Source: Raillietiella orientalis
Lineage: Eukaryota
Direction of reading: 5' to 3'
DNA: 64,000 bases
NCBI GenBank assembly: GCA_036172245.1
Contig: JAYWIR010000001.1
Location: 9,734,001-9,798,000 of the forward strand
Shown one piece after another: positions 60,727 through 64,000 of this stretch (position 1 is its first letter; every line of letters starts with the position of its first letter). A program made the position numbers and the translations under genes. Under the pieces are notes generated by a model. It did no database searches and was not told where the DNA came from. It worked only from the letters and a program-made list of their open reading frames with translations.

Positions 60727-63700
60727 TTTCATGTTTTTCCAGTCCGGCGCGCGCGGCACTGCGCAGAGAACAGAGGCTGGCGTGATGGGAGTGGTCGAGC
60801 GGGTCCTGCTTGCCAGCTTTGGATCCTACCATCTCATGGCCCAAGAAGAGAGACGTGCCTGCCTCCAGAGCAAGGAAAAGGAAAAAGAGAGAATGAGAAA
60901 GAAAGACGTGCGAAGGCATCCAAGATCAACAAAGGAAGACAAGATGGGAACCCTCCCTGAAAAACTGGCAGAGCGTTTGTTTTCTGCCTCCCCTGCAGCG
61001 AATTGTTACAGTCGAGACAACAAGTGAAGTCAGCGGGACGCCTCCTTCGATACGGCACGCTGAAGTGAGTTCCATTGGGATCTCCGATAAGCAAACAGGA
61101 CAGTTTTTCCCTCGTGACAAGCGATGCTTCTATTCCCATACCCCCCCCCCCCCTTCGATACTTTCCCTGTCCGCGCACCACAGTAGCTCCCTTCCCGGAA
61201 AAGGAAAGGAAGGGGGAAGGAGGCGGCACACGCGCTTCTCTCGGAAAGCTGGTGCCGACGCGTGTGTCACGGGAGGAACTCATCTCAAAGACAGAAAAGG
61301 AGAAGCAAGGAGAGTGGTATTTGCACAAGTGAAATCTGGCGAGAAATCGATCCTAACGAGGCACGGTATGCAGCGAAAAATCTGACGCCCGCGCCCGAAA
61401 CCCAAGCGCATCGCGGAGAAGTCCCGCTTTCTGTCCTCTTGTTACTCGTGTGGCGTTCTCGTTTTCCTTTCCCGTTGTTAAGGCGACGTGAAGAAGGAGG
61501 AGGAAAGAAGACAAAAATTCCAAAGGACTCACGAAGCCACAGGAGAGAGAAACCCGAAAAACCATCCGTGTGCATTTCCCAGGAGGGTTCGTTCCGTTCA
61601 TTCTTGGTCTTCCAGGACTCCAAGATCATATTTTGTTCATCGTGATTCGGCACATTACGGCTCAAATGCCCAGTTTCCAGCTGATGAACAAAGCAAGTCC
61701 CTGCGTTATCTTTGAAAAAAATAAAATAAAATAAACAAAGCTTCTCCTAGGAGACCGGCGGCTATTTCGGAAGCACATTGTTAGAATAGGCTTCCTCTCT
61801 CTCCTCACATGGCGGCAACAATGGGGTGCGCATCCCGGAACACTCGCCAAGAGCCCTAGGCTTTGTGCGGAACCGCTTGAAAACGAAGCCGGTCGGTCCT
61901 CGGAGAGAAACAGGAAATAAAACAGGGAAGGTGCGCGCGCGAAAGCCGCCGCCGCTACGTGTAAAGGGCACGCACGAAAAGCAGCCGAATATCGCAGCAG
62001 CGATTTTTGCCTTCTCGCATTGGAGCTGTCCGCAGCACGGACGAAGGGGGACGGTGAGTGGAGCGGTGGCGCCACTCCGGAGAATCCGCGCGCTTGCCGG
62101 GAAAGATTCCGGCTGATAAGACGGCGAGAACGACCAGTTGTTTTCTCTCTCTCTCTTGCTCTCGGCTCACGTAAGGAAGGGATAAAGTTTTCGTGGACGC
62201 GGGAAATTGGCAAACCGCGTTTCGAAGACTAGAGGAGAACTTTTGCTCCGAACGGGTGCAAGTGAAGGGGGAGGAAGAGTCGGAAACTTTTCGGGAACGA
62301 AGGGAAGAGCGCGACGAGGAGGAGGAGGAGTAAGGAGGGGGGGGGTTCCCTGGAAAACGGGGAAGGCGGGATGAGCGTGGAGGCAGCCCTCCCTGAGTTC
62401 CGAAGCGAGAGGGAAGCTTTTCCCGAACGGAGGCGGCAAGGGTAGGGACACCGCGCGATACATCACGATCCATGGAAAACATCTGGCCTGCAAAAGCCAA
62501 TAAAGGAAGCGTTTAAGAAGAAGGGGGGAGGAACGAAAAAAGGAAGCAGAAGAAAAGGAAAAAGGAAAAAAAAGAATGCACACGGGAATTTTTCAGAGCA
62601 TCTTCAAATTGCGAAAGGATTAAGAAAGATGGATTATCGCGCTGCTCGGGAGAAGAAGATGCAAGGGGAAAGGGGAGAGGATTTCGGACTGGGAGACAGC
62701 CCACGGTGCGGTGAACTGGAATGGCGTGACGGGGAGGATGGAAGGAGTGGGGAGGAAGGAAGGAAGGAAGTAGGGTTGCAAGCGTCTCTGCCCGGGTCGG
62801 ACCGCGGGCGGTGCTGGAGGAGGACGCAGCGCGGCTGGAGGGGCTCCGGGAGGCGAAGTGGAGGGGAACCGCGCGGCGTGGGAAGCGTCGGAGCCGCAGG
62901 ACAGACACGCGGAGCAGTGCGCGCGTCCGGCGATGGCCTCGAGCTGAGTAGAGATGCGTGTCCGACGAAAGGGCCAAGTGATTCGAACGATGATGAAGAG
63001 TCGTCGCTTAGGAGCGGCGAGAGGTGAGTGACGGGGAGGCGGGAGGGGATCGGGAAAAGGCAGAAAAGCAGCCGCGCGAGCGGGGAGGAGGAAGGGCAGC
63101 GTGCTGCTTCCCTCCTTTTGTACCCTCCCTTCGGAAACGCGGAGATTTCCGGGACGAAAAGGCGGCCGTCGCAGGGCGCGCCCGCCCTTCGCTGGGTTTC
63201 CCGGCCGTTTGGGGGAGATGCTAGGCCGAGGCAGGAGCGAAAGAAAGCGCCCACCGGGAGGAGGCGGAGGGAGGGACGGCACGATGCGCGGAGAGGGGAG
63301 CGAGGCGGGAAGGAGGGAACTCCCGCATCAGCGGCGGGAAAGGGTCACGCCGTGCGCGCTCCTGGATGGACTCCCGGGAGCGCGCGCGCGGTCGTCAAGC
63401 GGGCACGCAGGAAGCGAACGTTCCCCCTCGCGTCCTCGGCGGCGTCGCCGGGGGAAATCCCTCCCGCCTCGCTTGCGGGAGACGTCCCGCGCCGCCGTCC
63501 ACGCGGTAAATCACCCGTTCACGAGCGGACATCATAAACGGGATGATTTAAGGGAGGAGGGCGAGGAAGAGGAATGCAGGAGGAAGGAGGAAGGAAGATG
63601 GTGCCGGCTATGGTGACGAGGAGGAACGCTGCGCCCGAGAGCGCGGAGCAGGCCTGCAGCAGCGTTCGCTTCCGTGGAAACGAGCCGGTCGTGCGCGCGA

Positions 63701-64000
63701 GCGGCGCTTCGTCCTCCCCTTGTGGTGTCGCCGGGGCATCGGGAGCGGGGACTCGGCTCCTGGAGAAGCCTCTCCGACCCCTCTCTCCTGCAGGATGGAG
63801 GCCTCCCGTCGCCGTTGCCTGGCAATGCCCGCAAGGAAGCACGTACCCTTCGGGTCTGGACTCCCAAAAAGGGCGGACGAATCGACGGAAAGGGGGAGAG
63901 CAGGCCTCGTTTGGTTCCTGCGGGGGGGGGGGAGGAAACGATTCTTCGAGACTCTCACCGAGGCTGGCAGTCCTGTGAGGTCAGGCTCGCACGCACGGAA

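Noticed and set aside
14000-64000. Hundreds of overlapping 60-540 aa ORFs (e.g. 36025-37647, 33844-35211, 48879-50108)
   Set aside because: Arg/Gly/Pro/Ser-rich in all six frames with no recognisable host domains. This is expected from high GC and low stop frequency.

Overview
Eukaryotic (invertebrate animal) genomic DNA with two compartments. Bases 1 to about 13.9 kb are AT-rich with few intronic CpGs. They hold two divergent genes: a single-ORF TM2-domain gene (TM2D2-like, minus strand) and a 12-coding-exon ZRSR2/Urp-like splicing factor (plus strand, 5920-13621). The latter is about 1426 aa by manual splicing, has mostly 45-74 nt introns and carries a roughly 1000-aa low-complexity C-terminal extension. 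Between the genes sits a 750-bp GC-rich insert built from about 40-nt hairpin units, with diverged head-to-tail relatives at 16-17 kb. From about 14 kb to the end the DNA is very GC- and CpG-rich and has no credible host gene. It contains decayed non-LTR retrotransposon fragments (CR1/L2-like and R2-like), long purine/pyrimidine tracts, a solitary 28S rRNA fragment, two pairs of long inverted repeats and a perfect 29-bp hairpin. The many ORFs listed there are GC-driven noise. The taxon is uncertain: tiny introns plus a retained ZRSR2 fit a clade I nematode, but an arthropod is not excluded. Retroelement calls rest on motif resemblance by eye, not database searches.
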